Assembly: GCA_029882515.1 (NCBI GenBank)
Contig: JAOUKN010000003.1
Coordinates: forward strand, 1-46,382
Direction: 5' to 3'
Length of the DNA: 46,382 nucleotides
DNA from: Candidatus Bathyarchaeota archaeon
GTDB lineage: Archaea > Thermoproteota > Bathyarchaeia > Bathyarchaeales > Bathyarchaeaceae
This document shows positions 18,121 through 26,822 of the stretch, piece after piece. Below the pieces are notes generated by a model. The model was given only the letters and a program-made list of their open reading frames with translations, was not told the DNA's origin and ran no database searches. Numbering within the stretch: position 1 is the first letter of the stretch; every line of letters starts with the position of its first letter. Made by a program: the position numbers and the translations under genes.

Positions 18121-20436
18121 CTAGTATGGCAGTACGTAGATTGTGGTTGTGTCTTCCGGTCCTGCAGCAGTCCATCCGTCCACATACCAGAAGAGTGGAA
18201 CTGCATGGATTGTTGCTGTGCCAACGAAGACAAACTTGTCAATGTGTAGACTTAGTTCCACCAGGTACTCTTCCGCCGTGCAGAATTCTGCTCCGGTGAC
18301 ATTGAGCATTACTACTCCAAATGCAACTGGCACGTTGAGTTCGTCATGGATGGTTACGCGCATTGCGACGAGATATTGTTGTTGTGCATGGCTGGTGAAG
18401 GTAATACTGATGTCTACCCATTCACAGTGTTCGTAGTAGTACTTGTCAGTTGTAACTTCGACGATGTTTACTAGCCAGTCGTAGTGGAATTCAAGCTCAT
18501 CGTAGATTGATTCGCAGGCGACGTCGACTTCTGCTACAACTCTCCATACTCCGAGTAGGCTTTCAGGATCATCGCAGGGCCACGGTAGTCTGAATGAGAC
18601 GCATGCCACGCCGTCTTCGTCTGTGACGGCTTGCAGCGTTGTCCACATGTTGTCTTGATTATCCCAGACTGTGAAGGTTACTAGTTTTTGCTGTACTGGC
18701 CAGCAGTTGAAGGTTACGTTTGCGCAGAGGATGACCTCTTTTTGTGGCCAGAACATGTCGCTGGGCTGCATTAATCCTTGGCCTCCGTATGGAGCTGGAT
18801 ATTGGGTGTATACGTCGATGATTCGACCCACTTCAAATGAGCCTAGTATTGTATAGGTACCGTCTACGGGGTCTCGATAGCCTATGGGTTCACTCTTCTT
18901 GTCAATCATTAGTATGTCGTACAGGATGAAGTCGCATTCGAAGTCTTCTGGATCGCAACTGACGTCTTGCGCTGTCACTTCAAAGGTGATGATGGCGATT
19001 GTTCCATTTTCTACCGGATCTCCGCCAGCCACAGGATCTGGATAGTATCCTGTTCCGTTTGGCAGGATCAAGTCCATGAGCACGATGTAGTCGCCTTCGT
19101 CAAACGCCTGGAAGATTGTAGGTTGCGGTGCACCGGTTTGCTCGAATTGGGGTAGGTAGTCTCCTTCTTCGATGCTTACTACTTGCATCAAATCGGGACA
19201 ATAGGTTAACCTGAATTCAACTCCTACGAGGTACCAGTTCCAGTGTAGCTCCTTGATGTTCACAGCGATTGTAAATTCTTCGCCGACTGCAGGTGCAGGT
19301 CCCAATGTGGTATCGTTGGGCACCACTTCTAAGTATGGTGGTACGATTGATAGGTACGCAACTACCTGAACCATACCGTCTACAGGTTCACTGTCTATTG
19401 TATATTCATGGTCCCAGACTTCGGTTTCGTCGCAGAATGCTAGTGCAGTTTCGTTGTAGGCTCCTTGTGCCTCTGGTGGGGCGTTTCCTTGTACTAGTAT
19501 TTCGAAGGTGATGGTGGCAACGAGTACAGAGGCTCCTCCGTCTTGTGAGCCAGAGAAGCCGCGAACGGTGGCGTTAACCCAGTCTAAGGTATCATGGCTC
19601 ATGGTGATGCTGTTCGTGCCAGTCCAATCCGCCGTGTTAAGGACTGCTGCTGTAGCGTTGATGAGGGTTGAGTCATAGCTTAGGCAGAAAGTGGCGTTGG
19701 TCATGCCCCAACCGGCGTAGTAGTTGGCAATAACAACGTCAACATCGAAGGTTGTACCAACCCAGTGAGTCCATTGGTCGAAAATGTTTTCGTCGTCGTC
19801 GGTGGTGAACCAACAGGGTGCTGGTGCCGACCACGTGAAATTGTAGTTCGCGTTAATTCCTATCCATCGGTAGTAGACCTGTGCATCGTCTTGGATGTAG
19901 TTATCCTCGCTAGTCGTGATGTCAAGGAGACTGTTAAATTCTTCACCTTTTGTCGGAACCGATACCACTTCGAATTCAAGGTAGGCCACGCTGGATGGGC
20001 AATGGCTTGGACCTGGATACGGACCACTGAAGTACGACTCAGCGAATAGTACGTAGTCGCGAGTGCTATCATATGAGCCGTATGACGGGGATGTAGCGAT
20101 GTGTGTGGTTCCAGCTTTTATGAAGAGTTCGCTTGCGTCGGTGCCTTCATCAATTCCGGAGTACCAGGCGCCATTACATTGTAGGTGGTTCTTGTTGTAT
20201 AACATGTAGAACTGCCATGAAGCAACGCTTACGTTTGAGTTTACGAATACGGTGACATTGAATTTGTAGCCGATGGATGTCGTAGACGTATCGAAGCTGA
20301 TGTTGGCGGGTTCAATCCACAGGGCATTGGCCGGGTGAGTTGTGCTGGGAACATCATATGCAAGGACTGGTAGTACAGAAAGTAGAAGCATTAGAACTGC
20401 CATTGACACTATAATCTTCTTTAGGTTTCTTTTCAA
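18121..20436 (-). CDS. Scaffoldin-like surface protein: three cohesin-like domains plus two C-terminal Ig-like domains
   Basis: Signal peptide; TTG start at 20436 preferred because it follows GGGAG (ATG at 20460 is the alternative). Three cohesin-like patterns: GYKFNVTVFV..WQFYMLYN, GTTFDVDVVI..FCLSYDSTLI..VATITFEI, and GEEFTIAVNI..VEFRLTYCPDLM..GTIAIITFEV. No dockerin and no C-terminal TM helix. Confidence 0.75.
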   Translation of the reverse strand: MKRNLKKIIVSMAVLMLLLSVLPVLAYDVPSTTHPANALWIEPANISFDTSTTSIGYKFNVTVFVNSNVSVASWQFYMLYNKNHLQCNGAWYSGIDEGTDASELFIKAGTTHIATSPSYGSYDSTRDYVLFAESYFSGPYPGPSHCPSSVAYLEFEVVSVPTKGEEFNSLLDITTSEDNYIQDDAQVYYRWIGINANYNFTWSAPAPCWFTTDDDENIFDQWTHWVGTTFDVDVVIANYYAGWGMTNATFCLSYDSTLINATAAVLNTADWTGTNSITMSHDTLDWVNATVRGFSGSQDGGASVLVATITFEILVQGNAPPEAQGAYNETALAFCDETEVWDHEYTIDSEPVDGMVQVVAYLSIVPPYLEVVPNDTTLGPAPAVGEEFTIAVNIKELHWNWYLVGVEFRLTYCPDLMQVVSIEEGDYLPQFEQTGAPQPTIFQAFDEGDYIVLMDLILPNGTGYYPDPVAGGDPVENGTIAIITFEVTAQDVSCDPEDFECDFILYDILMIDKKSEPIGYRDPVDGTYTILGSFEVGRIIDVYTQYPAPYGGQGLMQPSDMFWPQKEVILCANVTFNCWPVQQKLVTFTVWDNQDNMWTTLQAVTDEDGVACVSFRLPWPCDDPESLLGVWRVVAEVDVACESIYDELEFHYDWLVNIVEVTTDKYYYEHCEWVDISITFTSHAQQQYLVAMRVTIHDELNVPVAFGVVMLNVTGAEFCTAEEYLVELSLHIDKFVFVGTATIHAVPLFWYVDGWTAAGPEDTTTIYVLPY

Positions 20437-20610
20437 TATTCTCCCTTCTCTTTTCAACATGTATCTGATGAACTCTGCGGATTTAAGTATTACGGAAGTA
20501 TCTTCTATCTCCTAGACGTGTACATCAGCACTCCTTGTTCGATCTGGCTTCACACATTCTCTCAAAATTATCAAAATGAAAAGTAGACAATATTTCGTAA
20601 GGAGAGAATA

Positions 20611-20629
20611 TAAAAAGGGGGGGAAGGGG
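20611..20629 (-). terminator. Putative archaeal pyrimidine/oligo-T terminator after the SBP gene
   Basis: Minus-strand CCCCTTCCCCCCCTTTTTA about 20 nt after the stop codon. Confidence 0.45.
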
Positions 20630-20646
20630 TTGTTTCAGTTTTTCGT

Positions 20647-23145
20647 TTATGGCCAGCCGAAGTTGAGGGCGACAGCCAGAATGTCGTCGACTCGGATTTT
20701 GAAGTCGCCGTTGACGTCGCATCGTGGATCCCATCGCAAGAAGGCGACAAGGGGATCGGAACCGAAGGCGAGGGCAGCGGCTAAGACGTCGTCCACACGA
20801 ACTTTGTCGTCGATGTTGATGTCTTCGGGGATGGTGGCGTGGATGGTGTGCGTATACGTGTCCACGAGCAGCGTACCTTGCCAAACTTCCACGGTGATCT
20901 CTACGGTTCCTGCGCAGAGGGGATAGATGGTGTAGGGGCCGAGTTTCGCCCAGTCAAACACGTTGACTTGGGTGTCGTTTTCGACATGCTTTACTACGCC
21001 GTCTTCTTTGATCACTACGTCCACAGTCTTGTTGGCGAGTTCGCCGTCGACTTTGTAGCCATAGTTCGTAACCAAGACGTTGTATTCCACGGGATCTTCA
21101 ACGCAATCTGTCTCGTTCACGAAAGCAATGTAGGGTGCATCAACAACCGCCTTGATGGGGCCGTCCACCCAGTAAACGTCGCTTGAGTGGACTTCGCCGA
21201 TTCGGGTGGCGTCATCGTAGTAGTCGTAGACGAAGGCGCCAGCACCGACGTTGGCGGTTTGTGGGGCGTTGCTGTCACGTGGCGGCAGACCGGCATCCGG
21301 CCAAGCAGCGTAGTAGTCGAGGTACTGTGGGCGCACGGATGTGTACCAGAGTTCTTTGGCTTTGGCGGTCCAGTCTTGGTAATCCCACGCATCGGGGACC
21401 ATGGCGTCAAACGCGATTTTCTGTTCGTCGGGATTAACTGAGGATTGTTCAGCCATTTCGTCGAGGATGTAGTAGATGTGCTTCGGGAAGTAGGACGCGA
21501 TTTGTGGATAGTCTTCGTACCAGAGGCTGGTCGCATTGAAGTAGGTGATGAACTCGTAGGGACCTTTGGCTTCCGTGTAAACGACAGTTTTCCACGTGCT
21601 CTCGTATCTGCCAACCTCCCATTTCTTGAGCATGTTGAAGGCGAATTGGCAGTCGTCGGCCGTGAACTGGAAGGTTTTGCCGCCTGCACCGGTGTCCTGC
21701 CAGTAGACATCGTTTCGGAGGTAGTAGGTGACTTTCATGCCGTCCGGTATGTTCAACGCTGCCGATACGTCAGCGTTAACCGTGCTGTTGACGGCTTCAA
21801 TTTTGGATTTGTATGCTATCCAAGGTAAGTCGGTGCTGGGAACTGGTGGCGAAAACATCATTAATGGTTCGTGGAGTCCGTCTAAGAGCAACCATCCATA
21901 TAAGGTATTGTCGGTCCATGGGCTCAGTGTGTCAGGTTCGTCTCCCATGGCGCGTCGTATTAAGCCTTCGTAGGGCGGATTGTTATATACAGTGCCTGGA
22001 CCCCAGTGGACGCTTCGCCAGTTCAGGTAGCATTGGTCCGCGCCTGGACCCGGTGAGCCGATGAAGTTATCGAGGTCGGGATCCCACGTAGTAATACCTT
22101 GACCCGTGGTGACGGGGAAGAGGGGCATCCAGTCACTGACGAAGAGGCGTTGCATCTCCCAAACGGCGTCCAGCACAGTAGCTTCATCCAGATTGTACAT
22201 CATCGTCTCCAAGAGGTCATCCATTGTATCGTTGACGAAGCCACCAAAGTTCCATTGCCATGGACCGATGGTGCTTGAATGGTAATTGTCAAAACACCAG
22301 TCCGGAGTTAGTCCCAAACCAGTCAATCCGATGCCAATAAAGTCGAAGTCATGGAAATCCATTAGCTCGTAGACTAAGGTCATGAACTCTCGATCGGTCA
22401 AGATGAAGTTAGGACCGTTCGTGGCGCCTTTACTGTCAAAGAAGGCGTTCACTTGGCCAACGAATTGTTGGAGGATGTATTCCCATGAGAGGGTGCCCGT
22501 GCTGTACACGACTTCGAGGTCTCGTACGCGGCTGCCGTCAGGGTTAAGCAGATAACCCGCATCGTCGCCAGCCCCTAAGGTGTAATCGGCATCCATCAGA
22601 ATCTGCCAGGCGGTATCGTTGTCAGTGTCCGGCATGACGTCCACATTGTTGCACCAGCCGCCTTGAGCGGGCATTATCGCGGATCCTAGGGCGACGGTGA
22701 GGGAGTTCTGGTAGTACTCGTAGATGGCGTCAGCTTTGTCATCCATACCCCACACGTAGGATAGCGCCACTCTAAAGCGGCTATCGTTGAGGGGCTTACA
22801 CGTTTCTCCCGGCGTCCTTCCGGCAGGTCCACCGACCACGTGTGCACAGTATTCATCTCGGTTTTGTACTGCCATAAATCCAAAGGCAGATATAGGATCA
22901 AACGTCATGTTGTATCCCGCCGCGACACAAGCATCGATGAGTTCAGTGGTTCCCGGACCAGGCCTCATGTCAATTTCGTGGTCAACCAACAAGGCAGCGT
23001 TCATCTGTGCGGTGTCATCGTACACCTTGTACTGGATCTTTTGAATGTGCGGAAACGGATCGTTAATGTTGGTTGTCGCAGATACGCTTAAGAGCAATAT
23101 AAGAGCAAACAGCGTAGCAATTACAATAGGTTTTTTCGAAAGCAA
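20647..23145 (-). CDS. ABC transporter family-5 (peptide/nickel-type) substrate-binding protein with Ig-like domain and C-terminal dockerin
   Basis: TTG start at 23145 after AGGAG, then a signal peptide. SBP5 motifs PLNDSRFRVAL, EPDTLSP, YLRNDVYWQD, FTADDCQFAF and GAGAF. C-terminal EDINIDDKVRVDD...CDVNGDFKIRVDD. Confidence 0.85.
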   Translation of the reverse strand: MLSKKPIVIATLFALILLLSVSATTNINDPFPHIQKIQYKVYDDTAQMNAALLVDHEIDMRPGPGTTELIDACVAAGYNMTFDPISAFGFMAVQNRDEYCAHVVGGPAGRTPGETCKPLNDSRFRVALSYVWGMDDKADAIYEYYQNSLTVALGSAIMPAQGGWCNNVDVMPDTDNDTAWQILMDADYTLGAGDDAGYLLNPDGSRVRDLEVVYSTGTLSWEYILQQFVGQVNAFFDSKGATNGPNFILTDREFMTLVYELMDFHDFDFIGIGLTGLGLTPDWCFDNYHSSTIGPWQWNFGGFVNDTMDDLLETMMYNLDEATVLDAVWEMQRLFVSDWMPLFPVTTGQGITTWDPDLDNFIGSPGPGADQCYLNWRSVHWGPGTVYNNPPYEGLIRRAMGDEPDTLSPWTDNTLYGWLLLDGLHEPLMMFSPPVPSTDLPWIAYKSKIEAVNSTVNADVSAALNIPDGMKVTYYLRNDVYWQDTGAGGKTFQFTADDCQFAFNMLKKWEVGRYESTWKTVVYTEAKGPYEFITYFNATSLWYEDYPQIASYFPKHIYYILDEMAEQSSVNPDEQKIAFDAMVPDAWDYQDWTAKAKELWYTSVRPQYLDYYAAWPDAGLPPRDSNAPQTANVGAGAFVYDYYDDATRIGEVHSSDVYWVDGPIKAVVDAPYIAFVNETDCVEDPVEYNVLVTNYGYKVDGELANKTVDVVIKEDGVVKHVENDTQVNVFDWAKLGPYTIYPLCAGTVEITVEVWQGTLLVDTYTHTIHATIPEDINIDDKVRVDDVLAAALAFGSDPLVAFLRWDPRCDVNGDFKIRVDDILAVALNFGWP

Positions 23146-23313
23146 ATACTCCTTTCTCCTATTTTTTCTATACTGCAAGAATATTGAGGGAGCTTAAAAG
23201 GCTTATGGAGGATTTTTACATTTTTTATTCAAGCTCAGATGTTAAAGACTAGCATTACGAAGACCCCATTAGACTTAAATATTCAAGAGGCCTCATCAAA
23301 TTGAGGAGGTTTT
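23146..23313. promoter_or_regulatory. Divergent promoter region between the SBP gene and dppBCDF
   Basis: TATA-like TTTTAAG on the minus strand (~23193-23199) and TTAAATA on the plus strand (~23275-23281); GAGGAGG SD before the dppB ATG. Confidence 0.5.
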
Positions 23314-24318
23314 ATGGGATTCAGAGGTTATTTCTTAAACAGGATAGCAATAGCAGTAGCAGTCCTCTTCATCGTATTAGTATTGAACTTCTTGATTTTC
23401 CGTGTGTTCAGCCCCTATGATCCCACTGATATGATAATAGACCCAGATTTCGAGCAAGCAACGAAGGATAGGCTCAGAGCTGAATGGGGATTGGATCGCC
23501 CTCTTTTTCCCGATCAATTCGTCTTGTACCTGAAAAATCTGCTCACCTGGAACTATGGGCGGCAATTTGACCAATCAAAAAGTCTTATAGCACCGCAGAT
23601 GGCTTGGCGCCTCCGAAACACACTTTTGCTTCTTGGAACAGCAACGATAGGAGTCATACTCGTAGGAATCCCGCTCGGAATCTTGGCAGGGTCAAGAAGA
23701 GGAAGCAAAACAGACATAACGATCATAGGCGCAGGGCTCTTTACATGGGGTGTTCCAACCTTTTTCGTTCAACTGATTTGGTTGTTCGTCTTTTCTGCGA
23801 CCTGGAACTCCGTTTTTGGGGCGCCACTTATCCCTAGAAGTGGAGTCGTCGGCTTGCCTCCACCAGAAGGACTACTTGAAACATTAAAGGATGTTGCATG
23901 GCATGCAATTTCTCCCATATGTACCTTGATCATTGCAGGTTTTGGATCCTGGGCATTGTACACTAGAAACATGATGGTCGATGCGCTCACAGAAGACTAT
24001 ATTCAGACGGCTCGTGCTAAAGGAGTGAAGGGCAGAGATGTGTTGTTTCGGCATGCCTTTCGAAGCATACTTCCCCCTGTCGCCACTATGGTGGCTTTGG
24101 CGATTCCGGGAATAGTCACGGGTGCCATAATAACTGAGAGTCTGTTCGGTTGGCCAGGGATTGGAGCATGGTACATAAATGCTCTGATGAACCGCAATCA
24201 TCCAGTGGCTCAAGCAGTCCTCTACAACTATGCAGTTTTGATGATAGGGGCCAACCTTGTCACAGATCTGCTTTATGGGTTCCTAGATCCTAGAATACGT
24301 GTAGGCCAAAGAAGGTAA
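23314..24318 (+). CDS. dppB: Oligopeptide/dipeptide ABC permease (DppB/OppB family)
   Basis: WGLDRPL..QFVLYL, the EAA loop DYIQTARAKG and DLLYGFLDPRIR; hydrophobic helices. Confidence 0.92.
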   Translation: MGFRGYFLNRIAIAVAVLFIVLVLNFLIFRVFSPYDPTDMIIDPDFEQATKDRLRAEWGLDRPLFPDQFVLYLKNLLTWNYGRQFDQSKSLIAPQMAWRLRNTLLLLGTATIGVILVGIPLGILAGSRRGSKTDITIIGAGLFTWGVPTFFVQLIWLFVFSATWNSVFGAPLIPRSGVVGLPPPEGLLETLKDVAWHAISPICTLIIAGFGSWALYTRNMMVDALTEDYIQTARAKGVKGRDVLFRHAFRSILPPVATMVALAIPGIVTGAIITESLFGWPGIGAWYINALMNRNHPVAQAVLYNYAVLMIGANLVTDLLYGFLDPRIRVGQRR

Positions 24319-24333
24319 AGGAGGCTCAACAGA

Positions 24334-25854
24334 GTGGCCCTGTTTCGCAAGGAAAAAAGAACAATATACGTGAGAAAGATCAAGAATTTTTGGGAAGAGT
24401 TCAGTCACAACAGAATCGGTCTTGCCGGTATTGGTATCTTAATATTCTACGTAATGGTAGCTGTCTTCACTCCCTATATTTCTCCGATGAGACCCACAAG
24501 CCAAGAGTATAATCCTCCTCGCTCGGCTGCGATGTATGCAATGCCCGAATGGGTGCGTATCTTCCCTCAGTTTCAGGATTTACCTCCGTCTTTTGAGGTC
24601 CGATTATTAGAGAACGTGACGCTAGTGAACTCGACCGTAACTGACCGTGCAACACTCCAATTTGACAAAGAAGCGCTCAACATTACTTTCCATGCAGACG
24701 CTGAGGAAGAGGAAGGAAGCATTCTTCTTCATCTGACTGCATTTAGTTACGTCTATGCTCCTCCATCGGACTTCAAGCTCACAACGGTCTACTACGAAAC
24801 AGGTAACCAAATACGGTATGAAATAGACTTGTTCTTGACGACTGATCAACAAAATGATATATGGGACGAATGGCTGGAAGATCCAACAAGAGCTGTCTTA
24901 TATACTAATGACAGAAAAGTGACTCGCTACCCAAGTGTTGACAAAAAGATTAGAAGAAGCTTGTATGCTGGGTTAATGAATGAACAGCTGTTCGCTTGGC
25001 AATACCCGAATGACGCCGTACAATACGCATTTCTCCATCCGTCAGAGATGCTACTCTCCAAAAAAGGAAGTTACGACTTCTATCTTGAGATAAAATTCAA
25101 CTCGCTTGCGTCTACTTCAACATGTAACATACATATTGACACTGCTGAAGTCAAGTTCTTTGGTGATGTTTGGGGATTATTAGGAAGTGACAGAGTTGGT
25201 CACGACGTTTGGGCACAACTAATTTATGGAGTTAGAATCTCCTTGATCGTTGGATCTCTTGCAGCGGTTCTCTCATCAGTCCTTGGGATTTCGTTCGGAG
25301 TGATAGCAGGATATTCTGGAGGGAGAACCGATCAAATAATAATGCGAGGTGTAGACGTGCTTCTCTGCTTACCAGTACTTCCTATCTTGCTTATATTATC
25401 GTCATACTGGAGCTTCAACGTGTATTACGTTATCCTTCTTATAGCCATTTTTGGATGGCAAGGTTTATCAAGAATAGTCAGATCCAAAGTTCTCTCCCTT
25501 AAAGAAGTGCCTTTCATAGAAAGTGCAAGAGCTGCGGGCGCAACCTCAGGATACATTATGACGCGCCACATTATACCAAATGTCCTCCCAGTAGTTATGG
25601 CAGCCATGGTTCTCGCTGTACCCGGCGCTATTCTAACCGAAGCCGCGTTAAGCTTTCTAGGATTCGGGGATCCCTCCGTGCCAACTTGGGGAAGAATGCT
25701 CTACCGATCCCGAACGCAAGGAGGTTTTGAGAGTTTAGCTTGGTGGTACGTCATACCGCCTGGGCTTGCAATCACCTTCTTATGTTTGGCTTTTGTGTTC
25801 ATTGGACATGCCTTAGACGAAATCGTGAACCCGAGACTTAGGAGACGACGCTAA
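24334..25854 (+). CDS. dppC: Oligopeptide/dipeptide ABC permease (DppC/OppC family) with large extracytoplasmic insertion
   Basis: LLGSDRVGHDVW..LIYGVRISL, FIESARAAGA, EAALSFLGFG and ALDEIVNPRLR. A soluble insert of about 220 aa follows TM1. Confidence 0.9.
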   Translation: MALFRKEKRTIYVRKIKNFWEEFSHNRIGLAGIGILIFYVMVAVFTPYISPMRPTSQEYNPPRSAAMYAMPEWVRIFPQFQDLPPSFEVRLLENVTLVNSTVTDRATLQFDKEALNITFHADAEEEEGSILLHLTAFSYVYAPPSDFKLTTVYYETGNQIRYEIDLFLTTDQQNDIWDEWLEDPTRAVLYTNDRKVTRYPSVDKKIRRSLYAGLMNEQLFAWQYPNDAVQYAFLHPSEMLLSKKGSYDFYLEIKFNSLASTSTCNIHIDTAEVKFFGDVWGLLGSDRVGHDVWAQLIYGVRISLIVGSLAAVLSSVLGISFGVIAGYSGGRTDQIIMRGVDVLLCLPVLPILLILSSYWSFNVYYVILLIAIFGWQGLSRIVRSKVLSLKEVPFIESARAAGATSGYIMTRHIIPNVLPVVMAAMVLAVPGAILTEAALSFLGFGDPSVPTWGRMLYRSRTQGGFESLAWWYVIPPGLAITFLCLAFVFIGHALDEIVNPRLRRRR

Positions 25855-26817
25855 ATGACGCTTCTCAAAGTTGAGAACTTGACCATGTACTGGGAAGTAT
25901 TACGAGGATACGTTAAGGCAGTAGACGACGTCAGCTTTAGCCTTGAAAAGGGACATTCTCTTGGACTCGCTGGCGAATCCGGATGCGGAAAAACAAGTAC
26001 TGCCTTGGCAATTCTAAGACTGTTGCCATATAATGGGCGGATAATGGGTGGAAACATCATCTTCAACGGAGAAGAACTGCTACAAATGAATGACCAAAGG
26101 TTTCAGAAGGAAATTCGATGGAAAAAAATGTCTGTAATTTTTCAGGGAGCCATGAATGCGTTACATCCAATTCAAAGAATTGGAGACCAGATAACTGAAG
26201 CTATTCTTCTCCATGAGAACATAAGCAAGAAGGAAGCAGTGGACAGAGCTAGTAAGCTACTCGATCTGGTTGGAATCGGAGCGGAGAGAATCGATCGATA
26301 CCCCCATGAACTCAGCGGAGGACTAAAACAACGAACTGTAATTGCCATGGCCCTAGCATGTAATCCTGACCTTATCTTCGCAGACGAACCGACAACCGCA
26401 TTAGACGTCATTGTTCAAGCCCAAGTGCTAAAAGTGATCAAGGAACTCCAGCATAAATTGAATCTCTCTATGATCATGATTTCACATGACCTCGCCATGA
26501 TCGCTGAAACCTGCGATGAGATCGCAATTATGTATGCAGGAAAAATAGTGGAATACGGAGATGTCACAACCATCTACAAAAAGCCGTTGCACCCCTACAC
26601 ACAGAAACTCATAAAAGCCTTCCCCAGTGTCATAGGACCCAAAACGGAACTCGCAACCATACATGGATTTCCACCCGACCTGCTGAAGCCTCCACCAGGA
26701 TGCAGATTCCATCCAAGATGCCCATACGCCATGGAAATTTGTAGAAAGAAAGACCCGCAATCAGCAAAAGTAGATGGCAAATATCATTCAGTAGCCTGTT
26801 ACCTAATTGGAGACTAG
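25855..26817 (+). CDS. dppD: Oligopeptide ABC ATPase (DppD)
   Basis: Walker A GESGCGKT, LSGG, DEPTTALD, HPYT and the C-terminal CRFHPRC..C..C cluster. It abuts the dppC stop (TAAATG). Confidence 0.93.
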   Translation: MTLLKVENLTMYWEVLRGYVKAVDDVSFSLEKGHSLGLAGESGCGKTSTALAILRLLPYNGRIMGGNIIFNGEELLQMNDQRFQKEIRWKKMSVIFQGAMNALHPIQRIGDQITEAILLHENISKKEAVDRASKLLDLVGIGAERIDRYPHELSGGLKQRTVIAMALACNPDLIFADEPTTALDVIVQAQVLKVIKELQHKLNLSMIMISHDLAMIAETCDEIAIMYAGKIVEYGDVTTIYKKPLHPYTQKLIKAFPSVIGPKTELATIHGFPPDLLKPPPGCRFHPRCPYAMEICRKKDPQSAKVDGKYHSVACYLIGD

Positions 26818-26822
26818 AACTC

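Noticed and set aside
20525-23091. Alternative-frame ORFs over the SBP gene (e.g. 21117-21710, 197 aa)
   Set aside because: These are an expected by-product of high GC3 reducing off-frame stops, and the translations are low-complexity S/T/P/R-rich.
319-23145. A true cellulosome
   Set aside because: No glycoside hydrolase, esterase or lyase domain is recognisable on any dockerin-bearing protein in the window.
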